Of a DNA stretch of 64,000 bases, positions 53,186 through 64,000 are shown piece by piece. The stretch lies in NCBI RefSeq assembly GCF_030684315.1, contig NC_081354.1, positions 28,948,226 through 29,012,225 on the forward strand. The letters are read 5' to 3'. The position numbers were made by a program, and so were the translations under genes. Under the pieces are notes generated by a model, which was not told the DNA's origin, ran no database searches, and saw nothing but the letters and a program-made list of their open reading frames with translations. Each line of letters begins with the position of its first letter. Position 1 is the first letter of the stretch. This DNA comes from Stegostoma tigrinum (Eukaryota).

Positions 53186-54404
53186 ATGATACGATGACTA
53201 TATATGAATATTGACAGAGATCCTGGAGAGGCTGCCACACAAATTGCGTAGTTGATATCGGAAGTGCAGTGTGTGCGCGCCCACGTGCATGTGTGTGCAG
53301 GAGGTGAGGGGGAGGAAGTCAATCTTCTAAAACATGGTGGAAGTATGCCCACTTGTGAGGAATGAGAGGCTATAAACATAAGATCATTGCAAATAAATCA
53401 GGTCAGAAATTTGCAAGAAAAACAGCTTTTACATCAGAGTGTGGCAAGAAAATTGAGAACTTTTTAAAGTGACATGCTATCCTGATCTAGTTGGGCAAAA
53501 TGGACAGTTTCTACACTATCAATAGAATATTACTCATTTTGTAGTATGGAACTACAGTATCACTGAGAAAAAGATTTTTTACAAAACTTTTCATCTTTTA
53601 CACATCAAGATGATTTGCAAGAATTCCAATTGAAGGAAAAATCAACATTAATATGAATTGGAAGGAGACAGTTGATTGGTAGTATTCCTTTCTCAGGACA
53701 ATGCCTAAAATATCCTTTTTATCCTTATTCTATTCACTAGAAATCAGTTTTGAACCAAAAATGCTAAAATGTAAGGTGAGCAAGGTCACAACAGTTTTGA
53801 GGTGATTTACAAAAAAAGGCAAGAATTAACATGATATAACATGATGCTGAAAAGCATCAAGGAAAATTGAATCTTGGAACTAATCCCGTTACAGTGATGA
53901 AACTGACACTAGAACAATAAATGGGGTCATTAAATGTAATTAACTAAGAAGTACACAGCCGAGATACTTAATGGTTGTGATGGAGCACTAACTAAAATAC
54001 AACTAACTTCCTACAGTTATTTATGCTTTCATCAGAAAAAACACACGTGTAATCTTGCTGTACAAAAATTGACATGTATTAAATATATATTGGAAAAGAC
54101 TACAGAGTAGAGATCTTAATTAGTTCAGGAAACTCCACCACAATTAAAGTAATTATAAATTGAGCTGTAGGGGACTTAAATCATTGATGTTTATCCACAT
54201 ATATTGTATATTCTTCTGAATAATTGGAAGGAAACTATGTTTCTCCTGATCAGTTTTTGAAATTGGTATAGGCAACATCTCTGATGAAATCTCCGTTTTA
54301 ACAGAAATATGACAATCAATTTTGGAAGGTGCTCTAGGATCACAAAAATCTTGAAACTTACTTGAAAAATTGTAAAATTTCATTGTGCCTTTCTAAATTA
54401 ATTC

Positions 54405-54810
54405 ATTCACAGAATAAGACCCTTACTAGCTAGGCCAGCAGTCACTGGCCATCCCCAAATACCCAGACAGCAGTTAACAGTCAGCCATATTGTTCTGGGT
54501 TTGGAGTCACATCTAAGCCAGACTAAGAAAGGGAGGTAATTTCCTTCCCGGAAGGGAATTAGTGATCCAGATTGGCTCTGGTCACGCACACATGCCCACT
54601 CCCCACTCACCCCACAGCAGCCCCCCACCCCCACAACAACCCTCCTCCTCCTCATGCCCCCATCCCCCCCCCGAACCCCACAACCCCATGCAATTGACAA
54701 CACATTCATGATCATTAGAGACTTTTAATTCCAGATTTCTATTGAATTCGAAGTTTACTATTTGCCACGGTGGGATTTAAACCTGGGCCCCAGGATCAAC
54801 AGTCCAGCAA
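54405..54810 (-). mobile_element. Non-HE1 tRNA-headed SINE with an internal C-rich tract (~54590-54690)
   Basis: Same core and tail as 10888-11076, in reverse orientation. Confidence 0.6.
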
Positions 54811-55202
54811 TAATGCTAGTAGACCTAATTCTGGGTCAGCTGTTCATTTTAATTAACACAGACTTCGCAGACAGTGAAAAACCAGGAATGCGGTAAATAC
54901 AACTTCTACAGCCTCTGCTTCTGAACTGTCACCCCATCACCCCAATTTAAAAATCACTGCGTCTGTACTGCATTCTCACTGTAACTCCTTGCATTTGTTT
55001 AACTTTCGCTTTAGAAACACAAGTCTACACATAAAACTATACTTGAATAGCAATCTTATAATGTACTTGAAATGTGCTTGAAATGTCATGTACTCAATTA
55101 ATTACAAAGATATTATTTTTGACCAAACCCAAAACAGAGAAAGTAAGATGACAAGAAAGCAAAGGTTGAATAAAGGGTGAATGAACCATCACCTTCACTC
55201 AC

Positions 55203-55243
55203 TCTTTGTTCCGCGCTATCATGGATTCAATCAACCAATTAAT
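55203..55243 (-). CDS. Candidate exon (INWLIESMIARNK)
   Basis: Strong acceptor acttttctttcag and donor GA|gtgagt; frame linkage to neighbours not established. Confidence 0.4.
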
Positions 55244-55544
55244 CTGAAAGAAAAGTTCCTAATCTTCAAGCAAGCCTCTAGAAAATCTAGCCATCCTCAC
55301 TGTTCATAATTTCCCATTATAACTCTGTTATCCTACAAAATACATCTTCTGTCACAGCCCAAGAGCTCAAGAACCATTATTCTTCATGACTGATGATCTC
55401 GGTCTAAGACCAATTACATTTCCTCAAACAACATTTATCTAGCTCTTGTTTGAATGAGTTTAATTAATACATCTGCTTGGAGACAATCTTTACACCACTT
55501 TTTGTGAAGGAAGGCTCAACTTCTGGAATGTTAACTTTAAGAAT

Positions 55545-57325
55545 TTGGAAAGGGAAATTCTGCTGACTCCAGATTCACAGCAATGTGGTTTGTTCTTAAC
55601 TGCCCTCTGAAATGGTCCAGGCAACTCTTTCTTCATTTGCATATCAGCACTACAGTGTCTCATAAAAGGTTTGAAATTTGACAAGTCACATGTCAACCTG
55701 ACAATGGAAACTACAATTTGAAACTTAGCCTTGTTGACTTTCAAAAAAAATTTCCTTACTGATATCTGGGGTTTGTGCAAAAATTGAGAACTGTACCACA
55801 GACTGTTTAAACAACAGTTTAACACAGGCACACAAGGAAATTAGACCTTACAATGTCCGACGCTCCACCACCATCATCATCCCTAGAAATGTTCTGTCAA
55901 ACCAACAGGATAAGCACAGAGGTGGCAGCACAGTTGTATGCAGTCACGAGAGACTTGCCCTTTCAGTCCTCAACTTTGACTCCGAACCCCATGAAATCTC
56001 ATGTCATCAAGTCAAATATGGACAAGGAAATGTCTTGATCATTACCCTTTTCGTAACAACTATGACAATCAGAACTGATGAACGTGTCCATTATCTGAAG
56101 CATGTACAAAGGGTGGCAAGGAAGCAATATACTCGGGGTCTAGTACTTCATCATGATTTGGTATCATATGACTAACTGAACTGGCCATGTCCTCAAAAGG
56201 TCATAGCAGATACATTGGATCTGTGGCATGCAATGAGGGAACCAACAAGACAGAACAAACTACTTGATTTCTCCTTCACCAATCTACTTGTCATTTATGC
56301 ATCTGTCCATGACAATGTTGATAGGAGTGTGCACCACACACTTCTTGTGGAGATGAGGGATATCTTTAACACCAAAGATGACGGGCATGTTGTGTAACAC
56401 TACCACCTTGCTGGATAAATTCAAACAGATCTAACAACTCAAAACTAGGCATCCATGAGGCACTGAGAGCCAACAGCAACATTGGAATCGAAATGAATCA
56501 TTCATGCATAACCTAACACATCTCTCACTCTATTATCACTATCAATCCAGAAGATTAGGCCTAGTTCAAAAAGAGTGTAACAGGGCATGTTATGGGCCCT
56601 GACAACATTCTGGCAATGACTGGTGCTCCAGAACTTGCTGGGCCCTTGGTCAAGTGATTGCAATATAGTTGCAGCTCTGGCATCTATCAGGGCATATGGA
56701 AAATTGTCTAGCTACATTCTATCTAATCCACAAAACCAGGAAAAATACTACCTGGCCGGTTATTGATCCCTCAGTTTATTCCCAACATTAGCAAAGTCTG
56801 GAAAAAAGGTTTTTGACAGTGCTATCAAGCAGTGTTTACTCAACAAAAACTTGCTCACTGATGCTCAGTTTGGGTTTGCCAGGTTTACTCAGACCCTGAC
56901 TTCATTGCAGCCTTGGTTCAAACAGGAACGAAATAGCTGATCTTTCAGGGGCAAGTTGACAGTGACTGCCCTTAGCATTTAGTCAGCACTTGACTAAATG
57001 TGTTGAAGAAAGATAGCAAATCTGGAGGTGATGGGAATCAGGGAAAATTCTCAATTACTTGGAATCATATCTAGCAGAAACAAAACCTGTCATGATTGTT
57101 GGAGGCCAATCATCTGTGCAAGTTCTCTCCAAACTTTATACAGTTATTGCATTTCTGTAACTGCATCAAAATTCTGGAGTTCCCTTTCACAGAACTACAA
57201 ATGTCCCTAAACTCTGGCTGTTGCAGCATTTCAAGAAGGCAGCTCACCACTTTCTTCTCAAGGGCAGTTAGGGATGAATGATAGAGCTTGACCAAGCCAG
57301 CCATGCCTAAATCTCATGAATGTAG
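55545..57325 (+). mobile_element. CR1/L2-group LINE, internally deleted
   Basis: Degenerate APE motifs (RGGxTVVY, TR..LLD, RS.HH), MGPDNI, WKI, QFGF; 5' and 3' ends match the non-HE1 SINE; related fragments at ~24890-25170 and ~59875-60960 (minus). Confidence 0.65.
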
Positions 57326-57722
57326 TTTTTTTTTCCACTGAATCTCAGTTTCTGGACTCTCGATTTTATGATAGCATCTTAGGAAACCTGCTGCCGGCCG
57401 CCTTACTACTTCTGCAAACAAAATGAAAACAAGTTCATTTTTGTGATCTTTGCCTCACAATACAGAGCTGCAAGTTCCATGTTCAATCTCCAGCCTTTCA
57501 ATGAATACAGTCTCCAACTCTTGAATATCCTTCAATAGGAATGACTGTAGATTGACTTAATCATCGAGATACAATATGGCTAGGGTGCCATATATTGTGT
57601 TAGCCCCTGATTATCTACATTAACAATGATAAAAGCTTCCAGTTAAGCTTCAGGATGCAGTCACATTTTGAAGATTCTGAAATAGCAGAAAATTGTAAGT
57701 CACATTAAATAGCTCAAAACTA

Positions 57723-57805
57723 AGATGCTGCTTGGCCTGTTGTGTTTATCCAGCTCCATACTTTGTTATCTCGGATTCTCCAGCATCTGCAGTTCCCATT
57801 ATCTC
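57723..57805 (+). mobile_element. PLE-terminus insertion with tail
   Basis: agatgctgcttggcctg...ggattctccagcatctgcagttcccattatctc; flanks A(G/T)CTCAAAAC at 57711-57720 and 57806-57815. Confidence 0.8.
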
Positions 57806-58240
57806 ATCTCAAAACAATACTGTTGCTTTGCATTATGAAACAGAAGGGAAGACAACTACTTCAACAAACTCAGCATAGCAATTTATGCATCGGCAACCAC
57901 TAAAACAAGGAAAGCAGATGATGTGTAATATGGTAAATGTAAAATATATCTGAAAAAGCAAATATTTCAGAGCTCATAATGTATTACCAAATATGTGGCT
58001 CTCGAAACCTTTAACTAAATTACAAGCCCATGGCCCCAACTTTACATGAAGCATATCATAACATCAAACAGTTATAAATAAAACAGAATGAAACAACTTT
58101 TGCAGTTTTGATGTAAAATAATTTAGAGAAGAAAAGACAAATCAAACATTTTTTCTGGGAGGTGATTTCAGGTTTTCTGCTATCATTAATTTTTGGCTCT
58201 TTTTCATAAAGTTAGACAAACAAAATAATACTGAGTTAAC

Positions 58241-58347
58241 CTTGACGTTTTCTCTGCCGAGTTCTGGATTTCCTACGTATTTTCAATTTGCCTTCCTTTT
58301 CAAAATAGATTGGAGGCTTCTGGACGAAGGAGGACAGTTCAGCCAAG
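58241..58347 (-). CDS. Candidate exon (LAELSSFVQKPPIYFEKEGKLKIRRKSRTRQRKRQ)
   Basis: Acceptor aaattcag, 35 open codons with a basic NLS-like run, donor CAAG|gttaac; splice signals only moderate. Confidence 0.4.
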
Positions 58348-59744
58348 CTGAATTTCATTTCATTATGGCAATGATGAAGTGAAAGGTGAAGAGTTAATGT
58401 AGCATCAACACATCGAGATCAGCCTCAGTTGCTAAACAAATTAAAATGAATAAAATCAAGTTATTCTACAAATAAAATATTCAAACTATAAAACTTGTGT
58501 CTCTTTTCCTTCAAATCTGTTTACTTCACTAACAGGATTGCATTCTGGGTTACAGAGACACTGTTGCCATAGTATAGTATCTTGAAAATTGTATCTTGCG
58601 TACTGAGCAATTCACAACAAAAAGAGCAGTAAAGTGGATTAATAATAGAAAAAGAAATTGTGAAATAGTCATACTAATGACATTTATTTCTCTTTTAATT
58701 TGGTGTCATGCTTCCCCATTCTAGCAACCCATCGCAAGCAGTGGCTAACATATCCACAGATAGCAATAGTTTGTATAAACTAGGGCATTGTGCCCCAGGG
58801 GGCATTCAATTGGGTGTGGAAGTAGCCAAATTTCGCTGATCATCACTTTGTAAACACCCAATAAAAACAGGAGCTGAAACTCTAAATTTATTTTGTTATC
58901 TAATCAACCACTGTGTCATGGGCTTTTGGCTTCAGTCAGCTATTTGTACCTGAAACTTAAGTTGTAGTTTGTACTATAACTTACGTTAGCTCCCGTAACA
59001 GAAAAAGTAGGTGTGTGTAACAGCGCTCAAACATTCAATAGATATTTATTATTGCTCCTATATATAGTCACAAACACATCAGCATCTGGACTAACATTAA
59101 AAAGGTGTTTGGTTACAAACAGGCTTATGAAGCTTGGTAGTGTCATTCTTCAAGTGTCCTGGTGAAGATTATGTCAGAGACCTTTATACCTATTGCCTGA
59201 GAATGCTGAAGCTAATTATATCACTACCTACTTATATTCCAAGCAAAGTCATCCAACTGAAACTAGCACTGTGCTGTACATTGTGGGACACTACTCTGGT
59301 AAATCAATGAAGATACTGAAGACATTTGTGTTGGATCTGGATGGGATACTCTTCGGAGGGTTGGTGTGCACTCGATGGGCCAAATGGCCTGCCTTCACAT
59401 GGGAGGGATTCTATGAACTTCTATGCTTTCCCTGTGCTGATTGAAATGAGGCAACTACAACTGTAACTATACCTGTCACTCAAAATTTTTAAAAAGCTGT
59501 ACATTTTTCAGAAAGATAATGCACTTCAATAACCACTAAATCTACACACAAATACATCAAGACACTCAGGTATACAGGCACAGGTTAAAAAGCTTATGTG
59601 AACAGATACACATCCTCCAAGTAGAATGCTCAGTTTTCACTTCAGACAAGACTGCACTTCCTTCCTGGCCCTAGCTAACTTAAAAGATGATGTTGGATAT
59701 TCTTAAAGTTTTAATTTTATAGTCCCTCTTAGAATATGGGTAAA

Positions 59745-59873
59745 AACAGAAAAAAAAAGCTGCAGATGCTGTAAGTCAGAAGCAGAAATTGCTGGCGAAG
59801 CTCAACAGGTCTGGCAGCATCTGTGGAGAGAAAGCAGGTTTAACGTATTGGGTCGAGTGACCATTCCTCAGAT
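59745..59873 (-). mobile_element. Terminus of a more distant PLE family with degenerate hammerhead
   Basis: Minus strand CUGAGGA-AU-GGUC ACUC GACC-CAAUAC-GUU. Confidence 0.55.
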
Positions 59874-62145
59874 CTGGGATATGGGTGTTGCTTACAGAAT
59901 CAAAATTTGGTGCTGGTTAGGCTCTTCTTTGAACCGTTGTCCCATAGTGCTAGTGAGGAGGGTATTCCAGGATCTTAAATGAGCAAGGTTGAAAAAGTAG
60001 CAGTGTGAGTGGAAGAGAGAGAGAGAGAACAAATGAGAATGCACTCAAGCCAGCAAAAACAAACTGACAAACAAACGGAGAACTGCTGCAGTTCCTGTGT
60101 CAATGGTGTTTACAAGAAAATGCAGCATACAAGGCCCAATAATGAAACGCTGACTGTATTTATAAGTCAGAATGGATGGTGATTAACAAGAGAGAAAACT
60201 ACCTTCCTGCATTCATTGCTGTTTTCTTCTTAGTGGTGGGATGAGTTTATGCTGAGCTAGGAAATACAATCTAAATATGACATTGCTGCAACACGCTTTT
60301 GTAGACAGGAGTACGTAACACTTCCTAATCTTGAACACTTGAACATCAAGTCAAATGCCAAGGTCATAACCAAGCAAACTTGCCATCTTTGAACTTCTTC
60401 CATAATTTACAAGCTTCTTTTTGTAACGAGAATGCACTTGTTCACTCAACTGATGAACACTACATCATATTTCTGACATGTTGATGTTGGAGGCACTCGG
60501 TGGGGTCAGGAGTCAAGGCAATAAATTAGAAACTTCAACTCGAGCATTCACATTGTTGATGACTATTCAGTTACATTTATGATCAATGGTAAGCTCAAGG
60601 ATGTGGATAGTGACAGTTTGAACAAGAGTGGTGGCGTTGAAGATCAGATGGAATTCACCTTGTTTTTTCTTTATAGAAATGATCACTGCCACACATTCGT
60701 CAACCATGAGGTTGGGTGTTACCTACGGGCTATTATGCGATGTTTCACAATTACATGGAGTTGTAAATGGAGCTGAAAATAATGGAAGCAGCAGTGAACA
60801 GTTTCAGCATTGACCTTTACATTGTTAAAGATCTGTAAAACTATTCTGGAGCTGCAATGATTTGTCTCGTGAAATTCTACCTTGATTTCAGAATCCAGCT
60901 ACTCCAGAGTTTCACCTGATCCTCACAAACATCTTATGTTCAGGCACCATAATGTCATTAATTAAAAAGCTGAATGCAGTTAATGCTAGAAAATGGAGGT
61001 TGAAAACATTAAATGCTGGAAATACATGACCAGTCAGGCTGAATCTGTGGAGGCAAAAAGAGAGTAAGCAGTTAAAGGTGAAAGGTGAGCTGAAACAGGG
61101 GGGATGATTTTCTCTTCAGACAAAAGTGAGGTTCCAATTTCCAGACATCTTATTTGAAAAGGCACCCAGGCAGCACTTCACATTCTGCAACTTATGAGTA
61201 TCACTTAACCTCTGGTCAGCACCCCACATAGCCTGGAGATGTTACAGATGAGGCAAAAAGAGGTGCTACAACGCGAAGTTTCCTTAAACATTTTCCAAAA
61301 GACCATTCAGGAAAGACGTTCCACTCCTATGAGGTGACAACAAGAGATCTTCCTGACTGATAACCACAGCCCTAGGAGCTGGCCACAAAGGTCAGCATCT
61401 GAGAGTAGTTTAAGAGAATTTGGCTTCAATGTCATAACAGGAGGAACAATCTGCTGCTGATCTTAGCCAGAGAATTTGTACCTGTCTACTCAATGCTTCA
61501 TGCTCCTCACAGCGAGAGTTAACATTATAAAATTGTTACTGGAAAGAACTATTGGAGATGCCTGGTACCCAAATCAACATCAGATATTTGAAGAGCAATC
61601 AACATCTGTCACTTCATTGCAGCTACCAATTTAACATTACTGGAGCCACAGGTGTTACAGCCTCTCATATCTCTGCCAGGATTCATACCTAAAACATAAA
61701 AGAACCTTCAACACTCAGCAGTACACTCACCATCACAATCACCATCTCTGACCTTTCATCATAACTAGGAGTATGTGCGCATCTGGTAGCTTTCCACCAA
61801 AGGCTTGCATGGGACGGCAACAAGAACAACAAAATAGACTATTTTTTTAAGTGAGCCATTTCTGGTTGCAGCAGCAGCGCGAGCTTGAGCTTGGAGCAGG
61901 AGCCTGTCTTGAATCTTTAAAAACCTCGTGAACAGGCGGAGATACGCTGAGCAGGAGCCAACACGGGACTGGTGAGTGAGTGAGGTAATATATTTGTGTG
62001 GTTGCGTTACCCGAAACACTACCCGGGTAGTGTCTCCCACCCATCCTCCTCCTCTAACCAAAAATAAAGCTTCTGTGTGCCTGATTGGTAAGGTAACAAG
62101 TTTATTTTTTATTCTTTATTTTTTAAGTCTTGGGAATTTAGAATA

Positions 62146-63078
62146 ATGGGAACGGAGGTCAGGGCAGTTGAATGTTCCTCCTGCAGAATGTGGGAGGTAA
62201 GGGTCACCACTAGTGTCCCTGCTGACTACATCTGCGGGAAGTACACCCAACTCCAGCTCCTTGAAAACCACGTTAGGGAACTGGAGCTGGAGCTGGACGA
62301 ACTTCGGATCATTCGGGAGGCAGAGGGGGTTATTGAGAGGAGTTACAGGGAGGTAGTCACTCCTCAAGTACAGGAGAAAAGCAGATGGGTTACGGTCAGG
62401 GGACAGAAAGGGAATCAGCAGGCAGTGCAGGGATCCCCTGTGGCCATTCCCCTCAACAATAAGTAAACCGTTTTGGATACTGTTGGGGGGGGGACTTACC
62501 AGGGGGAAGCAGTGGGGCACAGGTCTCCGGCACAGAGTCCGTCCCAGTAGGGAAGGGGGAAGAGGAGCAGAGCAGTAGTCATTGGGGACTCCATAGTTAG
62601 GGGGACAGATAGGAAGTTCTGTGGGGACGAGAGAGACTCACGGTTGGTGTGTTGCCTCCCAGGTGCCAGGGTGCATGATGTCTCTGATCGTGTTTTTGGG
62701 ATCCTTAAGGGGGAGGGCGAGCAGCCCCAAGTCGTGGTCCACATTGGCACCAACGACATAGGGAGGAAGAGAGATGGGGATTTAAGGCAGAAATTTAGGG
62801 AGCTAGGATGGAAGCTGAGAACTAGGACGAACAGAATTGTTGTCTCTGGTTTGTTGCCCGTGCCAAGTGCTAGTGAGGCGAGGAATAGGGAGAGAGAGGA
62901 GTTGAACACGTGGCTACAGGGATGGTGCAGGAGGGAGGGTTTTGGATTCTTGGATAATTGGGGCTCTTTCTGGGGTAGGTGGGACCTCTACAAGCAAGAT
63001 GGTCTTCACCTGAACCAGAGGGGTACCGATATCCTTGGGGGGAAATTTGCTAAGGCTATTCGGGTGGGTTTAAACTAA
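62146..63078 (+). pseudogene. CR1 ORF1p: zinc-finger/leucine-zipper plus SGNH esterase, disrupted
   Basis: CSSC...CGK(Y) with leucine heptads; VIGDSIVRG (~62578), LPGARVHDV, VVHIGTND, DGLHLN; stops at 62464-62466 and ~62548. Confidence 0.88.
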
Positions 63079-63137
63079 TTCAGCAGGGGGGTGGGAACCA
63101 AAATTGTAGTTCGACTATAGAAAATGTTGAGAGTAGG

Positions 63138-64000
63138 GTGGTCCAAAATAAAGTTTCAGGGAAGCAAGATGGCACCGGCAAGCAAGAAGTTGGTTTGAAG
63201 TATGTCTACTTCAATTGCAGGAGCGTCCGGAATAAGGTGGGAGAACTTGCAGCATGGGTTGGTACCTGGGACTTCCAAGTTGTGGCCACTTCGGAAACAT
63301 GGATAGAACAGGGACAGGAATGGTTGTTGCAGGTTCTGGGATTTAGATGTTTCAGTAAGAACAGAGAAGATGGTAAAAGGGGCGGAGGTGTGGCATTGTT
63401 GGTCAAGGACAGTATTACAGTTGCAGAAAGGATGTTTGGGGACTCGTCAACTGAGGTAGTATGGGCTGAGGTTAGAAACAGGAAAGGAGAGATCACCCTG
63501 TTGGGAGTTTTCTATAGGCCTCTGAACAGTTCCAGAGATGTAGAGGAAAGGATAGCAAAGATGATTCTCGATAGGAGTGAGACAGACAGGGTAGTTGTCA
63601 TGGGGGACTTCAACTTTCCAAATATTGACTGGGAACACTATAGTTCGAGTACTATAGATGGGTCAGTTTTTGTCCAGTGTGTGCAGGAGGGCTTCCTGAC
63701 ACAGTGTGTAGATAGGCCAACAGGGGCAAAGCCACATTAGATTTGGTACAGGGTAATGAGCCCGGCCAGGTGTTAGATTTGGAAGTAGGTGAGCACTTTG
63801 GTGATAGCAATCACAATTCTGTTATGTTTAATTTAGTGATGGAAAGGGATAGGTGTATACCACTGGGCAAGAGTTATAGCTGGGGGAAAGGCAATTACAA
63901 TGAGATTAGGCAAGATTTAGGGAGCATAGGATGGGGAAGGAAACTGCAGGGGATGGACACATTAGAAATGTGGATCCTATTCAAGGAAAAGCTCCTGTGT
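63138..64000 (+). pseudogene. CR1 ORF2 apurinic-like endonuclease domain, frameshifted near 63725
   Basis: YFNCRSVRNK, SETW, GGGVA, GVFYRP, MGDFNFP, then LDL and GDSNH in the next frame. Confidence 0.9.

Larger units (their letters stand above)
61850..64000 (+). mobile_element. CR1/HER1 LINE with 5' UTR, ORF1 and start of ORF2 (runs off the window)
   Basis: 5' UTR from ~61850, then ORF1 and ORF2 motifs in the expected order. Confidence 0.9.

Overview
Repeat-dense vertebrate DNA, almost certainly from a cartilaginous fish (shark): it has HE1-type tRNA-derived V-SINEs and many HER1/CR1 LINE fragments. Most of the window looks intronic to an unidentified minus-strand spliced gene, with candidate exons at about 40.9-58.3 kb. 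The most informative element is a young, nearly intact Neptune-type Penelope-like retroelement at 12246-15404 (RT plus Cys-rich linker plus GIY-YIG endonuclease, a ~600-bp inverted terminal repeat and a 15-bp TSD). Its terminus carries a minimal hammerhead ribozyme (CUGAUGA...GAAAC-GUC). At least ten ribozyme copies are spread across the window, many in 50-220 bp terminus-only insertions with 8-15 bp TSDs. These include a 91-bp-arm palindrome folded exactly at the ribozyme core, and stem II co-varies between subfamilies. Also present: a decayed Gmr1-like Gypsy LTR element, a near 5'-complete CR1 with zinc-finger/esterase ORF1 at the right edge, RTE and L2 fragments, and a SINE sharing both ends with a CR1/L2-group LINE. 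No rRNA, bona fide tRNA or CRISPR array was found. Coordinates of old repeats are approximate and family names come from motif recognition, not database search.
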